A stretch of 54,680 bases of DNA, from the IMG/VR virus record IMGVR_UViG_3300037722_000443, positions 1 through 54,680 of that record. The stretch is one strand, 5' to 3'. The translations under genes were made by a program, and so were the position numbers. Below are positions 15,206 through 25,296 of this stretch, piece by piece. Below the pieces are notes generated by a model. It did no database searches. It was not told where the DNA came from and was given only the letters and a program-made list of their open reading frames with translations. Positions within the stretch are counted from its first letter, which is position 1. Each line of letters begins with the position of its first letter. Source of the stretch: a virus (Duplodnaviria; Caudoviricetes).

Positions 15206-15353
15206 GGCCGCATGGACGGAGCGTTGCATAGACGACACCCCAATCGCAAAGCCCGCGGTCAACGACAGCCTGTTGGCTATCATCGAAATCTACGATGGGG
15301 CCTTGAAGGACTGCGATGACCGCATGACCAAGATTCGCAAGGCCCAGCCATGA
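15081..15353 (+). CDS. Rz1: outer-membrane lipoprotein spanin
   Basis: Lipobox LLVAG-C, Pro-rich, overlaps the Rz 3' end in another frame. Confidence 0.8.
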   Translation: MPQRGVLSLCLMLLVAGCAAQSPGPVRVETKEIKVPVPTALEAAWTERCIDDTPIAKPAVNDSLLAIIEIYDGALKDCDDRMTKIRKAQP

Positions 15354-15556
15354 CTGACTACATCAAGGCCGATGTGGGGCTGATGACAGTGATTGAGGAC
15401 GGCCGGGAGCGCACCATCAAGACCTGGGCGCACCGCAAGCCAATGCCGCATGAGGTAGAGGCGCGTCGGAGCTGCGCTTCGATGTTGAGATGCAAACGGA
15501 TTGCCCGGATCGCCAAATGGCGGCAACAGGGCATGAGCGGAGGAAGAACCGAATGA
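15350..15556 (+). CDS. hypothetical protein
   Basis: ATGA-coupled. Confidence 0.5.
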   Translation: MTDYIKADVGLMTVIEDGRERTIKTWAHRKPMPHEVEARRSCASMLRCKRIARIAKWRQQGMSGGRTE

Positions 15557-15876
15557 GCAAGCAATTGACCCTGGCCAACCTGGGTACGTCGGAGGAAACG
15601 ACGGCCGGCGATATCACGTTCCAGATACCGGGCTGGATGTTCCGCAACAACTCCAAGCCAAGTTTGGTATGCGCTGGTATCACTGGCGCCGAGACCGTGA
15701 CGCTGTGGCACGCAGACGGCTCCGGCTTCCAACAGACCTACGACGACCAGGGAGACGCTGCCCAGCTTGATCCGACCAACAGCAAGACCTCGATCACCCT
15801 GAATACGCCCGGACTGTTCTCGGTGACTCATTCAGCGCTGGCCGCGGCACGCAAGTTGAGAGTGCTGTTCGGCTGA
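15553..15876 (+). CDS. hypothetical beta-rich protein
   Basis: GGAGG RBS, ATGA-coupled. Confidence 0.6.
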   Translation: MSKQLTLANLGTSEETTAGDITFQIPGWMFRNNSKPSLVCAGITGAETVTLWHADGSGFQQTYDDQGDAAQLDPTNSKTSITLNTPGLFSVTHSALAAARKLRVLFG

Positions 15877-15877
15877 C

Positions 15878-16081
15878 ATGCGCGGCATACAGGTTGCCGG
15901 CGGCACCAACCGGACAGATGAGCAACGGGAGCTACAGAGCCAGTTCCCGGCCCTGATCGGCATGTGCAAGCGCGGCCTGTGCGCGGTCGGTCCAGAATGG
16001 TGCTATCTGCGCCCCGGAGCGAACAAGGTGCTAGTCAAGATTCCAACACCCATGGCCGAGCGATTCTTCGCCAACCTGTGA
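15878..16081 (+). CDS. hypothetical protein
   Basis: Tightly packed ORF. Confidence 0.5.
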   Translation: MRGIQVAGGTNRTDEQRELQSQFPALIGMCKRGLCAVGPEWCYLRPGANKVLVKIPTPMAERFFANL

Positions 16082-16683
16082 TGGCTGCCAGGAAGGCGAA
16101 GAAGAAAGCCACCCGAAAGAAAACAGCCCGGAAGAAGGCGAACGGCAAAAGCGTAGAGGGTGAGTTCATACCCGGAAAGGGTGGACGCCCGACCAAGTTC
16201 AGGAACGAGTTTATTGAGGAAGCGTTTCGGCTCGCATTGCTCGGTATAAGCGATGCGAAAATAGCCGAGGCTCTGGAAGTCACTGAAACTACAGTCAATA
16301 ACTGGAAAATCAAGCACCCGGCGTTTTTTGAGTCCATTCGCCGGGGCAAGACTCTGGCTGATTCCGAAATAGCCCACGCGCTGTATGTGCGGGCTAAAGG
16401 CTGTTCAACCACTGACGTGAGGGTTGTCCTGGAAAAGGACGGGGAAGGCGTCAGGCAGGAAGTACGAAGGGAGGAATTCACCAAGCACCACCCGCCAGAC
16501 ACCAAGGCTGCAAGCCTGTGGCTGCGCAATCGTCAGCGTGAGAACTGGCGCGAAGAAAAGCACGTTCTGAGCCAACGCCCCCTTGAGGAATTGACCTGGG
16601 ATGAGTTGGAAGAACTGCGGGAGCGCCTTGAGCGTGAGAAGCAGGCGCTACTCGGGCATGACGGTGGTGCTGAAAATCAATGA
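16081..16683 (+). CDS. terS: terminase small subunit
   Basis: GGRPTKF...LGISDAKIA...TVNNWKIKHPAF...PPDTKAASLWLRNRQ. Confidence 0.88.
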   Translation: MAARKAKKKATRKKTARKKANGKSVEGEFIPGKGGRPTKFRNEFIEEAFRLALLGISDAKIAEALEVTETTVNNWKIKHPAFFESIRRGKTLADSEIAHALYVRAKGCSTTDVRVVLEKDGEGVRQEVRREEFTKHHPPDTKAASLWLRNRQRENWREEKHVLSQRPLEELTWDELEELRERLEREKQALLGHDGGAENQ

Positions 16684-16839
16684 CTTACGATTCCCTGATA
16701 GTCTTTGCCTATCAAAACATGGGCAAAGTGCGAAGATTCTCGGGGATATATCGGGCTTGGCATAGCCAATGCCTATCAATAGCGTGGCTGGATTGTCCGG
16801 CTGCAGCAATGGCGCGGAGAACGCGCGGGAGCAGTAACC

Positions 16840-17466
16840 ATGAGTAATCGAGCAACCAGGAGCGGGTTGAAGCGCTCCATTCAGGCTGCGGCATTGTCCC
16901 TGCCTGGCATCAAGAAGGCGATGGTGGACCTGGTGGACACGCTTGCCCTGAAGGCTGGCGAGGAACTGGCTACCGGGGCCGGTACTGGCATTACCACCGG
17001 CACGGGCACGGTCTATCAGTCGTCTGTGACGGAAAACGGCGGGATCATTACCACCCGCATCCTGCTGGACCTGACCGGACTGCATTCGGCGGACAGTGAC
17101 CTGGACGTGATTGGTGTCGAGGATACCGCGCTGCCCTGCCACTTCGGGCAGATCACGGATGCTGAGAACGGCTCGGTTTTCGGCGGCACGATTCAGTGCC
17201 TGGAAGCTCCCTTGAGCCTTACGGACCTCGGCATCTACGCGGACGGTGACGGAACGCTGGTGTACGAGGATGCGATCGCAACGGCCGGCGACGGGGAAAC
17301 ACTGATCGTGACCCCGGCTGTTCAAGCGGTATCCGATGGCGCAGTGCCTATTGCGGGCGTCCCGCCAGCCAATTCGTACTTGTATGTTGTCAACGGCGCG
17401 GCTGACACGCCGGACATTTTCACCGCCGGCAAGTTCCTGATCGAACTGCTGGGCTATCGCGCTTAA
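16840..17466 (+). CDS. hypothetical, probable virion protein
   Basis: Acidic, G/T/A-rich beta-type sequence followed by a terminator. Confidence 0.6.
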   Translation: MSNRATRSGLKRSIQAAALSLPGIKKAMVDLVDTLALKAGEELATGAGTGITTGTGTVYQSSVTENGGIITTRILLDLTGLHSADSDLDVIGVEDTALPCHFGQITDAENGSVFGGTIQCLEAPLSLTDLGIYADGDGTLVYEDAIATAGDGETLIVTPAVQAVSDGAVPIAGVPPANSYLYVVNGAADTPDIFTAGKFLIELLGYRA

Positions 17467-17483
17467 TCGGCGCGGCTAATTGG

Positions 17484-17512
17484 GCCCCGGTTCTGGCCGG
17501 GGCTTTTTGTTT
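17484..17512 (+). terminator. intrinsic terminator
   Basis: GCCCCGG-TTCTGG-CCGGGGC-TTTTTGTTT. Confidence 0.8.
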
Positions 17513-17514
17513 CT

Positions 17515-17590
17515 CGCAGGGTAGATCAATTGGCAGATCGTCGGATTCATATTCCGAAGGTTGCCGGTTCAAGTCCGGCCCCTGCAACCA
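17515..17590 (+). tRNA. initiator-type tRNA-fMet (CAT) with variant anticodon arm
   Basis: 76-nt cloverleaf, C1:A72 mismatch, A11-U24, CAT at 17548-17550, TTCAAGT T loop, encoded ACCA. Confidence 0.92.
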
Positions 17591-17604
17591 CAAAGGCGCA
17601 TGAA

Positions 17605-17844
17605 ATGACCCGCATCAACCTGGTGACCAACAAGCGGCAAAATCGCCTGTACCGGCAACTGCGGGGCGGGTATCGCATTTATGAGCGGCGCTGCTATGCG
17701 ATTGGCGTCCAGATGTGGGCATGGATTATCCGCTGGCAGGCGTGGCGCTTTGGCCGTGCAGTGGTTGGTGACAGGGGTAAGCGCTATCCGATCGAGGCCA
17801 GGTTCTACGGCCCGCTGGTCAGAGTGCGGCGGGTCCGGGTATGA
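17605..17844 (+). CDS. hypothetical basic protein
   Basis: ORF after the tRNA, coupled to the next gene. Confidence 0.5.
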   Translation: MTRINLVTNKRQNRLYRQLRGGYRIYERRCYAIGVQMWAWIIRWQAWRFGRAVVGDRGKRYPIEARFYGPLVRVRRVRV

Positions 17845-18092
17845 GCGGCTGGATTTACGTCCAGGAGGACAAGCAGGGTAAGACCCTGGTGCGCGCGATC
17901 AAGGCCGACCAGGTGCAGCAGGTGGTGGTCGAGGTCAAGCAGATCAGTGGCAAGGACACCCGGCGCTGGTCACTGGTTTTCAATGATGGCGGGCTCTACG
18001 AATTGCCCGACGATGCGACGGTGCTGACGCGCGAGACTGATCCGGAGTTTCTGCTGTTGCTGGAAAACATCGCCAAAGTCCTGCAGGTGTAG
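17841..18092 (+). CDS. hypothetical protein
   Basis: ATGA-coupled, directly before terL. Confidence 0.6.
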   Translation: MSGWIYVQEDKQGKTLVRAIKADQVQQVVVEVKQISGKDTRRWSLVFNDGGLYELPDDATVLTRETDPEFLLLLENIAKVLQV

Positions 18093-18095
18093 CCC

Positions 18096-19553
18096 GTGGC
18101 CAGGGCGGAGCGGGTTGACCAGGCGCTACTGGAAAACAAGCTCGCCGGGATCAGGGCGTTGCAGGAGCAACTGCACCGGTTGAAGTTCCAGAAGTTCGAC
18201 GGGATGTTCCCGGATGAGGGGCCGCTGCGCCGGGAGTTGTATCCAAAGGCCCTGGACTTTTTCAAGGCTGGCGCCGAGTACAAGGAACGCTGCCTGATGG
18301 GCGGCAACCGAACCGGCAAGACTGAGACCGGGGCCTATGAGGCCACCGCCCACGCCACCGGGCGCTATCCGAAATGGTGGGAAGGGCGGGAGTTCCACCT
18401 GCCCACTTCCGGGGTGGCCTGTGGCAAAAGCGGCAAGGTCTTGCGCGACACGGTGCAGGTAAAGCTGGTGGGATTTCCGGCCGGGCCGATGGGCTCCGGG
18501 ATGATCCCCGCTGATTCTCTGATCCTGGATGATTGCAAGCGCGCCGGCGGAACTGCTGACCTGCTGGACGTGATTGCGGTAAAGCACGTCAACGGCGGCA
18601 AGTCGATCATCAATCTCAAGTCCTACGATCAGGGTCGGGAGGCTTTCGAGGGCACTGGCCGCGATTGGGTTTGGGAGGACGAGGAAGCCGATACCGCCAT
18701 CCACGGCGAGAACATGGCCCGGACCATGACCACCAACGGCATCGTGTGGAACACCTACACGCCGCTGAAGGGCCAGACGGCGCTGACCATGGACCTGACC
18801 AATCGGTCGCAGGGCGCAAGCCCGAGCGTCTACCTGGTGCGGATCACCTGGGACGACGCGGCGCACATCACGGCGGCGATGATGGAGGCCATGGAGTCGA
18901 TCTACAAGCCCCATGAAATGAAGGCGCGGAGGTGGGGTATTCCAAAGATGGGTTCTGGTGCGATCTACACGATGGACTGGGACGAGGTTTCAGTACCGCC
19001 TCGGGCCATCGAGCCGTACTGGACGCGCTGTTATGGACTGGACTTTGGCTGGACCCACCCGACGGCCGCCCTGTGGCTGGCGCATGACCGCGACAACAAC
19101 GTCACCTACGCGTATTCCGAGCACCGCCGGGCAGAGGCCAGGCCGGGCGAGCACGCGATAGCGATCAAGGCGCGTGGCGAATGGATCAGGGGTGCATCGG
19201 AGACCGCTGGCGGCAACCCGGAAAACGGCAAGCGGATGATCGACATCTACCGCGGGCTTGGCTTGCACCTGGTCCCGGCTGAAAAGGCCGTGTGGCCCGG
19301 CATTGAGTCCATCCGGGAAGCGCTGACTACCGGCCGATTGAAGTTCTTTAGAACATTGCATCTGTTGCGCGAGGAATACGAGGGATATCAGACCGATGAG
19401 AAAGGCAAGATCGTCAAGGAACGCGATGACCTGCTGGACTGCCTGCGCTATGGGTGGAACGCGCACAAGCAGATTGGCCGCGTGCAGCCGCCCAAGCGCC
19501 GCCCCGGTTCTGGTGTGAAAGCCGTGAAATTCTCCGAACGGAAGCTGTTTTGA
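18096..19553 (+). CDS. terL: terminase large subunit (P22-like)
   Basis: Walker A GGNRTGKT, Walker B VWEDEE, TYTPLKG, nuclease GLDFGWTHP, DDLLDCLRYG. Confidence 0.95.
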   Translation: MARAERVDQALLENKLAGIRALQEQLHRLKFQKFDGMFPDEGPLRRELYPKALDFFKAGAEYKERCLMGGNRTGKTETGAYEATAHATGRYPKWWEGREFHLPTSGVACGKSGKVLRDTVQVKLVGFPAGPMGSGMIPADSLILDDCKRAGGTADLLDVIAVKHVNGGKSIINLKSYDQGREAFEGTGRDWVWEDEEADTAIHGENMARTMTTNGIVWNTYTPLKGQTALTMDLTNRSQGASPSVYLVRITWDDAAHITAAMMEAMESIYKPHEMKARRWGIPKMGSGAIYTMDWDEVSVPPRAIEPYWTRCYGLDFGWTHPTAALWLAHDRDNNVTYAYSEHRRAEARPGEHAIAIKARGEWIRGASETAGGNPENGKRMIDIYRGLGLHLVPAEKAVWPGIESIREALTTGRLKFFRTLHLLREEYEGYQTDEKGKIVKERDDLLDCLRYGWNAHKQIGRVQPPKRRPGSGVKAVKFSERKLF

Positions 19554-21919
19554 TGGCCGAGACACCGAACTACGCGGAGAACATTCGCTCAAGCTATGGC
19601 GAAGCCCAGGGTCAGGGCGCGCGCCCGCATGACCAGCAGGGGCTTTTGATTGATCTGGCCACCCGGCTTGAGCCGCTGCGTGACCGGGCCATTCGCCACA
19701 AGGGGCCGATCGAGGAACGGATTGTCGAGGCGTTGCAGCAGTACAACGGCTGGACCGATGGGGCGAACGAGAACACCAAGAACAAGCCGATCAGAGGGCG
19801 CAAGACCGCTGACGAGGCGCCGGTGGTGCACATCACCCGCCAGATCACCGACCAGATCACGGCCAAGATCATCAACATGCTGCTGCCCTCGAACGAGCGT
19901 GGCTGGGACATCGACCCAACGCCCGATCCGGAGTTGCAGGAAGCCATGGCCCACCCGGCGGTGATGGCTCCGGTGCTCAACGGCATGGGTCAGGAGATGC
20001 CGCCCGAGTTGATGATGGGGGGCGAACAGCCGATGACCACGGCCGACATCGCCGCCCAGGAACTGGACGAGGCCGAGAAGCGTTGCGCGGGAATGCGCAC
20101 GGTGATGGACGATCAGATGAGCGAGGCCAAGTTCCCGAAGCTGGGCCGCCAGGTGATCAAGTCGGCGTGCAAAGTCGGTTCCGGGTTTGTCCATGGTCCG
20201 ATCATGACCGGGCGCACACGGGTCAAGCGCAGTCGGACCCAGGGTGTGGATGAATTGGGCAACGCGGTGGCGCAGTGGGTCAAGGAGATTCAGGAGGATA
20301 CCCAGCCGGACTTCGCGTTCGTGGACCCGCTGGCGTTCTATCCGGAGGACGCGGAGAGCCTGGACATCGCCGAGTGGGCCTGGTTGTGGGAGTCAATGAG
20401 CCCGTCGCGCGTCGAGAAGCTGAAGCGCTGGCCGGGGTTCATGGCCGAGCAGATAGACGTGCTGCTGAAGCTCAAGCCCGATCATGGAGAGTTGAAATCA
20501 CGCCTGGCCAAGCGGCGCAGTGTCGAGGGCTTGTTGAGCGAGCACGAGGACAAGAATTATTCGATGTGGCGGTATTTCGGGCCGGTGCCGAACGCCACCT
20601 TGGCCCAGTTGGGGGAGATGGAAATACCGGAGACGGGTGACGAGGATGATCTGAGCCGCAGCACCATGGCCGAGGTGTGGATGAGCCAGGGCATCGTGCT
20701 CAAGGTCAAGATCACTCCGATGGAGGAAACCGACCGGCTGCCGTTCTACGGCATGTGCTATCAGGAGTCGGACTCATCCATTTTCGGCTACGGGGTTCCC
20801 GATCAGGTACGCGATTCCCAGGCCGTGATTGACGCTTCCTGGCACATGGTGCTGCACAACGCGGCAATCAGTGCCGGGCCGCTGGTGATCCGCCTGGCCG
20901 GGGCGCTAAGGCCTTTGGATGGCGATAACAACATCGACGGTGGGCTCAAGCAGTTCGAGGTGGACACCTCCGAGATTGCTGACTTCAAGGGCATGGACCA
21001 GGTTATCAAGGTGGTCCAGATCGACCCGCGCATTGACCAGTTGATGGCGATCAACGAGCGGGCCATTGAGCACGCCCAACGGGAAACCAATTTCCCGGTC
21101 ATGGCCCAGGGCGAGCCGACCGAGCCGGTCACGACCGCTTCCGGTCTTGCAATGCTCATGAACGCGCAGACCGTGCATCAACGGATGGTGGCGCAGCGTT
21201 GGGACGATGACGTGATGATCCCGGCGCTTGAGGCTTTGTACGACTGGAACATGACCTATCACCCGGACGATGAGATCAAGGGTGACTTCGAGATCGTGGC
21301 CCATGGCGCGACCCGGCTGGTCAACAAGGACATGCAGGCCCAGCACCTGCAGGTCATCGCCGCGCTGTCGGACAACCTGCGCTTCCAGCCGTTCTCGAAG
21401 GACTACGAGTTGTACAAGGAGCTGGTCAAGGTGTCCGAGGCCAATGTGGACAGCCTGGTTATTTCCGATGACGAATACGAAGCATTACAGCAGGCCGAGC
21501 CGTCACCGATGGAGCAGGCCGAACTGGCCGAGAAGCAGGGCAAGGCCCGCAAGGCCAGTGCCGAGGCGGCCGAGATCGAGGCGAAACTGCAGCAAGGCCC
21601 GGAACAAGGGCCGGACCTGGAGCATGTCATTGCCCTGGAGAAGCTGAAGCTGGAGGACATAGGCCAGGTTCGCAAGTTGCAGGAAAAAATGATGGAACTC
21701 GAATCCGCGGAACTCCGCGCGCTGGCTGCTGGCGAGATTGAACTGGCGCAGATCGAGGAACGGCGCCGGGAGCGCGAGGCCGACGTGGACCTGAATTCGG
21801 CGCTCAAGCTGCGTGAGATCAACAGCAAGGAGTTGTTGAAGGGCATGGACCTGCGGCTTGGCCTTGAGCGGGAGAAAAACCGCGACCGCAATCTGGACAT
21901 GGGGCGCGATTCATTCTGA
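19553..21919 (+). CDS. portal protein
   Basis: Large helical protein after terL; SIFGYGVP, TASGLAMLMNA, IKGDFEIVAHG podovirus portal motifs. Confidence 0.9.
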   Translation: MAETPNYAENIRSSYGEAQGQGARPHDQQGLLIDLATRLEPLRDRAIRHKGPIEERIVEALQQYNGWTDGANENTKNKPIRGRKTADEAPVVHITRQITDQITAKIINMLLPSNERGWDIDPTPDPELQEAMAHPAVMAPVLNGMGQEMPPELMMGGEQPMTTADIAAQELDEAEKRCAGMRTVMDDQMSEAKFPKLGRQVIKSACKVGSGFVHGPIMTGRTRVKRSRTQGVDELGNAVAQWVKEIQEDTQPDFAFVDPLAFYPEDAESLDIAEWAWLWESMSPSRVEKLKRWPGFMAEQIDVLLKLKPDHGELKSRLAKRRSVEGLLSEHEDKNYSMWRYFGPVPNATLAQLGEMEIPETGDEDDLSRSTMAEVWMSQGIVLKVKITPMEETDRLPFYGMCYQESDSSIFGYGVPDQVRDSQAVIDASWHMVLHNAAISAGPLVIRLAGALRPLDGDNNIDGGLKQFEVDTSEIADFKGMDQVIKVVQIDPRIDQLMAINERAIEHAQRETNFPVMAQGEPTEPVTTASGLAMLMNAQTVHQRMVAQRWDDDVMIPALEALYDWNMTYHPDDEIKGDFEIVAHGATRLVNKDMQAQHLQVIAALSDNLRFQPFSKDYELYKELVKVSEANVDSLVISDDEYEALQQAEPSPMEQAELAEKQGKARKASAEAAEIEAKLQQGPEQGPDLEHVIALEKLKLEDIGQVRKLQEKMMELESAELRALAAGEIELAQIEERRREREADVDLNSALKLREINSKELLKGMDLRLGLEREKNRDRNLDMGRDSF

Positions 21920-22149
21920 TGACTCCCATTCAACTGGCTCATGAACAGCGTGATCACGCGATGGTCGGGCACAGCCATGCGATCAATCTGTTGTGCGAGC
22001 GCGACCGGGAGATTCGGCGGCTGCGTGACAAAAACGCCATGGCGATTCGCCAGAACCACAGGCTGGCCCGTGAGAACGCCGCGCTGGCCGTGCGTTTGCG
22101 GGAGGTGAGTCCCGACGACCCGGTGCTGGCGAAACTGCTGGGAAGATGA
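21919..22149 (+). CDS. hypothetical coiled-coil protein
   Basis: TGATG-coupled. Confidence 0.55.
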   Translation: MTPIQLAHEQRDHAMVGHSHAINLLCERDREIRRLRDKNAMAIRQNHRLARENAALAVRLREVSPDDPVLAKLLGR

Positions 22150-22424
22150 CGATGCAACCAAAGGTGGACCATGAAAGCGAAACGTGGGCAGCAGTCCAGG
22201 AAGCGGCGCAAGAAAGGCTGTTAGAACTGCGGCGGGCCCGGGAGCACCCGGCCGCCGAGTTGCGCGACCTGGACCGCAAGCTGGGGGGAATCGCGGAACT
22301 GGAAAGGCTGCTGCGCCTGCCGGTGCGGCAGAGCACCAAGGAGCCGGACACTGCTGACGTGCGCGGCAATCACGGGTTCACAGCGCCCCGAATCCACAAA
22401 GCGCTGCCCGAAGAACCGGAGTAA
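22146..22424 (+). CDS. hypothetical head-module protein
   Basis: Small helical ORF between portal and scaffold. Confidence 0.65.
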   Translation: MTMQPKVDHESETWAAVQEAAQERLLELRRAREHPAAELRDLDRKLGGIAELERLLRLPVRQSTKEPDTADVRGNHGFTAPRIHKALPEEPE

Positions 22425-22427
22425 GGA

Positions 22428-23627
22428 ATGGGCAAGCCAAAGAAAGAGGACCTGGAGGAACAGGAAACTCCCCAGGGACAGTACGACGAGGACGCATTCA
22501 ACCAACTGGTTGAAAGCGATCCACGGGCCACCCAGGACGAGGACGATGGCATCCTGGACACATCTTTTGACGATGAAAGCCAAGAAGGCGCCGAGGGCGA
22601 TGACGGCAAACCAGCCGACACCGAGACTGAGGAACAGCCGGAAGGCGCGGAAGATGATGATGGTGCAAGTGACGAAGGCGCGGACGATCCCAAGGCCAGC
22701 AAGGAGGATGGGCCGGAATTGCCAGCATGGATCGAGGCGATTCCGGAGGATCAACGCGATGCCGCCGTTACCGAGCTGATTGGTATGCACCAGGCCATCG
22801 ACAAAATGCAAACCCGTTATCAGGCCTTGCACGGGCAACTGGCCCCGACCCAGCGGAAGCTGTCGAAACTGGAAGAAGTGGTACGCCATTTCTCCACGGC
22901 AACCCGACCTGGCGACGACCTGAAGACCAGACGCAAGGCGCTGGATAGCTGGATTGAGAAACACGGCGAGGACTACCCGGACGAAGCCACAGAACTCAAG
23001 GATGCCTTTGAGGCCTATGCTTCGGCGGTCGAGCCCGATGCCGAGAAATACCGCACGAATTTGACCAGGACTGACGATGATGACGTGGTGGACACCTCGT
23101 TGCAGCGTCGGCTTCTGGAGCGTATGGACGGCGAGGCCGCGCAGATCAATGCCGACCCCCGCTTTGCCAGTTTCTTGAAGCAACACCCTGACTTGCGAGT
23201 CCAGGCTCAAAGTCCGTTTGCACACGATGTCATTGAAGTGCTTGACAAGTTTCGTGAGCAAACGGAGTGGCAGCCACCGCTGCGAGCCGAGGAATTTGCA
23301 ACACCCAGCCAAATGCTCTCATCCCACCTGTTACCCGGGTGGGCGGCGGCCATTGGTATGAGCGTGGAGCAAATTGCCCGGATGAGCGAGGTGGACAAGG
23401 GCAAGGTGCTCTACAGCTTCAAGAAGGATCTGGAACAGGCATACGTTACCGAAACCGACGATGACGACGATGCTGGCGATGACGGCAACGACGCTCAGGC
23501 AAGGAAATTGGCGGAACAAAGGAGCAGGCGCTTGCAGGACCGCTCACCGAAGGCTCGCAAGACCGGCACCCGCGGGGGTGCTGGCGAGTTGACTGGTGAG
23601 GCCCTGTTCGATTCGCTTGATGTGTAG
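22428..23627 (+). CDS. putative capsid scaffolding protein
   Basis: Very acidic N-terminus, coiled coils, directly before the capsid gene. Confidence 0.7.
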   Translation: MGKPKKEDLEEQETPQGQYDEDAFNQLVESDPRATQDEDDGILDTSFDDESQEGAEGDDGKPADTETEEQPEGAEDDDGASDEGADDPKASKEDGPELPAWIEAIPEDQRDAAVTELIGMHQAIDKMQTRYQALHGQLAPTQRKLSKLEEVVRHFSTATRPGDDLKTRRKALDSWIEKHGEDYPDEATELKDAFEAYASAVEPDAEKYRTNLTRTDDDDVVDTSLQRRLLERMDGEAAQINADPRFASFLKQHPDLRVQAQSPFAHDVIEVLDKFREQTEWQPPLRAEEFATPSQMLSSHLLPGWAAAIGMSVEQIARMSEVDKGKVLYSFKKDLEQAYVTETDDDDDAGDDGNDAQARKLAEQRSRRLQDRSPKARKTGTRGGAGELTGEALFDSLDV

Positions 23628-23677
23628 CCAACGGCCTGTAGGGGGAACCTGACGGGCCTTGCCAAAAGGACAACATC

Positions 23678-24676
23678 ATGGCTTTTAAAGCATACCAATC
23701 CGGGGTAGTGCCGGACAGTAATACCTACCACATGAAGCGCACCCTCAAGTCAACCGAGGCGTTTGTGATCATCCCGCGCTATGGCATGAAGTGGAAGTTG
23801 CCGCGCAACAAGGGCGAAACCCTGTCTGCCGACCGCTACGAGGAATTTTCCTACGATGCCACGGCAGCCACCGAGGGCGTGAGCCCCGTTCCGTTGTCGT
23901 TCACCACCACCACGGTGCAAGTCACCATCGAGCGATACAACGATCTGCGCCGGGTCAGCGCCAAGAAGCTGCACCTGTCACCGCAGGACACGTTGAACAA
24001 CGTCGCTGACAAGCAGGCCAACCACCTGCAGAACGTCAACGAGTTGCTGGGCTGGAATGAATTGATCGGCGGGACCAACGTCGAGTACAACTCATCCGCT
24101 CACACAGCGCGTACCGACGTGGACGGCGCGGTCAATGCCGGAATGGTCAGGCGCATCGTGCGCACCCTGGATCAGAACAAGGCCGAGCACATCAGCAAGA
24201 TCAACGGTGGCGGCCTGAATCAGGGCACCGTGACCTCCGAGGCGGCGTTCGTTGCCCTGGGTCACACGGATATGAAGTCCGATCTGGACGACATGCCCGG
24301 CTTCAAGACCGCTGATACCTACGGCGATGGCAAGCGCAATCCGCATGAGTATGGTCAGATTGGGTCGGTGAAGTGGGTTCTGTCACCGCAGTTCACCCCG
24401 ATCACTGACGCTGGTGCGACCACTGGTTCCACCGGCATGATCTCCAGTGGCACCAAGGTGGACGTGTACCCGTTCGTGGTGGTTGGTTCCGATGCCTATG
24501 CCTGCGTGATGCTGCAGGGCTTCGAGGATGTTGAACCGAACATCCTGGACAAGGCTGACAAGGCTGACCCGACCAACGAGTGGGCGGATGTGGCGATCGC
24601 CTGGTACTTCGCTTGCAAGCGGACCAACGAGAACTGGATTGTGCGTGGCGAGGTTGGTGTAACCGAATCGCCGTAA
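23678..24676 (+). CDS. major capsid protein (N4-gp56-like)
   Basis: TEGVSP, AFVALGHTD..SDL...PGF...YG...HEYGQI, DKADP motifs; AGGA RBS; strong terminator. Confidence 0.9.
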   Translation: MAFKAYQSGVVPDSNTYHMKRTLKSTEAFVIIPRYGMKWKLPRNKGETLSADRYEEFSYDATAATEGVSPVPLSFTTTTVQVTIERYNDLRRVSAKKLHLSPQDTLNNVADKQANHLQNVNELLGWNELIGGTNVEYNSSAHTARTDVDGAVNAGMVRRIVRTLDQNKAEHISKINGGGLNQGTVTSEAAFVALGHTDMKSDLDDMPGFKTADTYGDGKRNPHEYGQIGSVKWVLSPQFTPITDAGATTGSTGMISSGTKVDVYPFVVVGSDAYACVMLQGFEDVEPNILDKADKADPTNEWADVAIAWYFACKRTNENWIVRGEVGVTESP

Positions 24677-24689
24677 CACCAGTGATGTG

Positions 24690-24716
24690 AGCCCGGGGGC
24701 AACCCCGGGCTTTTTT
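24690..24716 (+). terminator. intrinsic terminator after capsid gene
   Basis: AGCCCGGGG-GCAA-CCCCGGGCTTTTTT. Confidence 0.9.
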
Positions 24717-24796
24717 GTGCCTGACAGGCACGTTCAAGATCGGCGGTCAACCGGCCGTCGTTTTCCATAATCCTGCACACAGGAAGGAGCACCATC

Positions 24797-25288
24797 ATGC
24801 CCAATCAAAAGGATCTTCGCGGTTCACGCGGGCTGGCTGATATCAATCACTCAGCCCTTCGCAACAACTTGTCTTGCTATTGCCGAGCGGCGGCTGGACT
24901 GACGCTTGAGGCCGGGGACAAGAACGATGTGGAAACCGCCGGCAACACGATTGATACCGTGATCGACGGGCTGTTTTATTCCGCATCCGCGCTGGCCGAT
25001 GAGAATGTGACCCTTTTCCGTTCGGAAGATGATTCCATTCTCCAGGCAGCCGACACCACCTGCTACTACGTGTTCACCATCGACGCTTCGGACGTGGTGC
25101 GCCTGTACAAGCAGGCCGACGGCGTGGCCGCGTATCCGGCCATTCCGGAAACCGGCGAGGCCCCGTTCGCGGTGCTCAAGGTGGTTACCGTGGCGGTGAC
25201 CTTCACCCCGGGCACCACCGACTACGACGCCTCTGGTGTGACTTCGACGTTTACCGACGTGCGCAACGTACCGGCGGCGGTGGTTTAA
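24797..25288 (+). CDS. probable capsid decoration/virion protein
   Basis: AAGGAG RBS, beta-rich, FTPGTT motif, own terminator. Confidence 0.6.
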   Translation: MPNQKDLRGSRGLADINHSALRNNLSCYCRAAAGLTLEAGDKNDVETAGNTIDTVIDGLFYSASALADENVTLFRSEDDSILQAADTTCYYVFTIDASDVVRLYKQADGVAAYPAIPETGEAPFAVLKVVTVAVTFTPGTTDYDASGVTSTFTDVRNVPAAVV

Positions 25289-25296
25289 CCAACCCT

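Noticed and set aside
17530-17604. 5' part of ORF 17530..17844
   Set aside because: Overlaps the tRNA; start moved to ATG 17605
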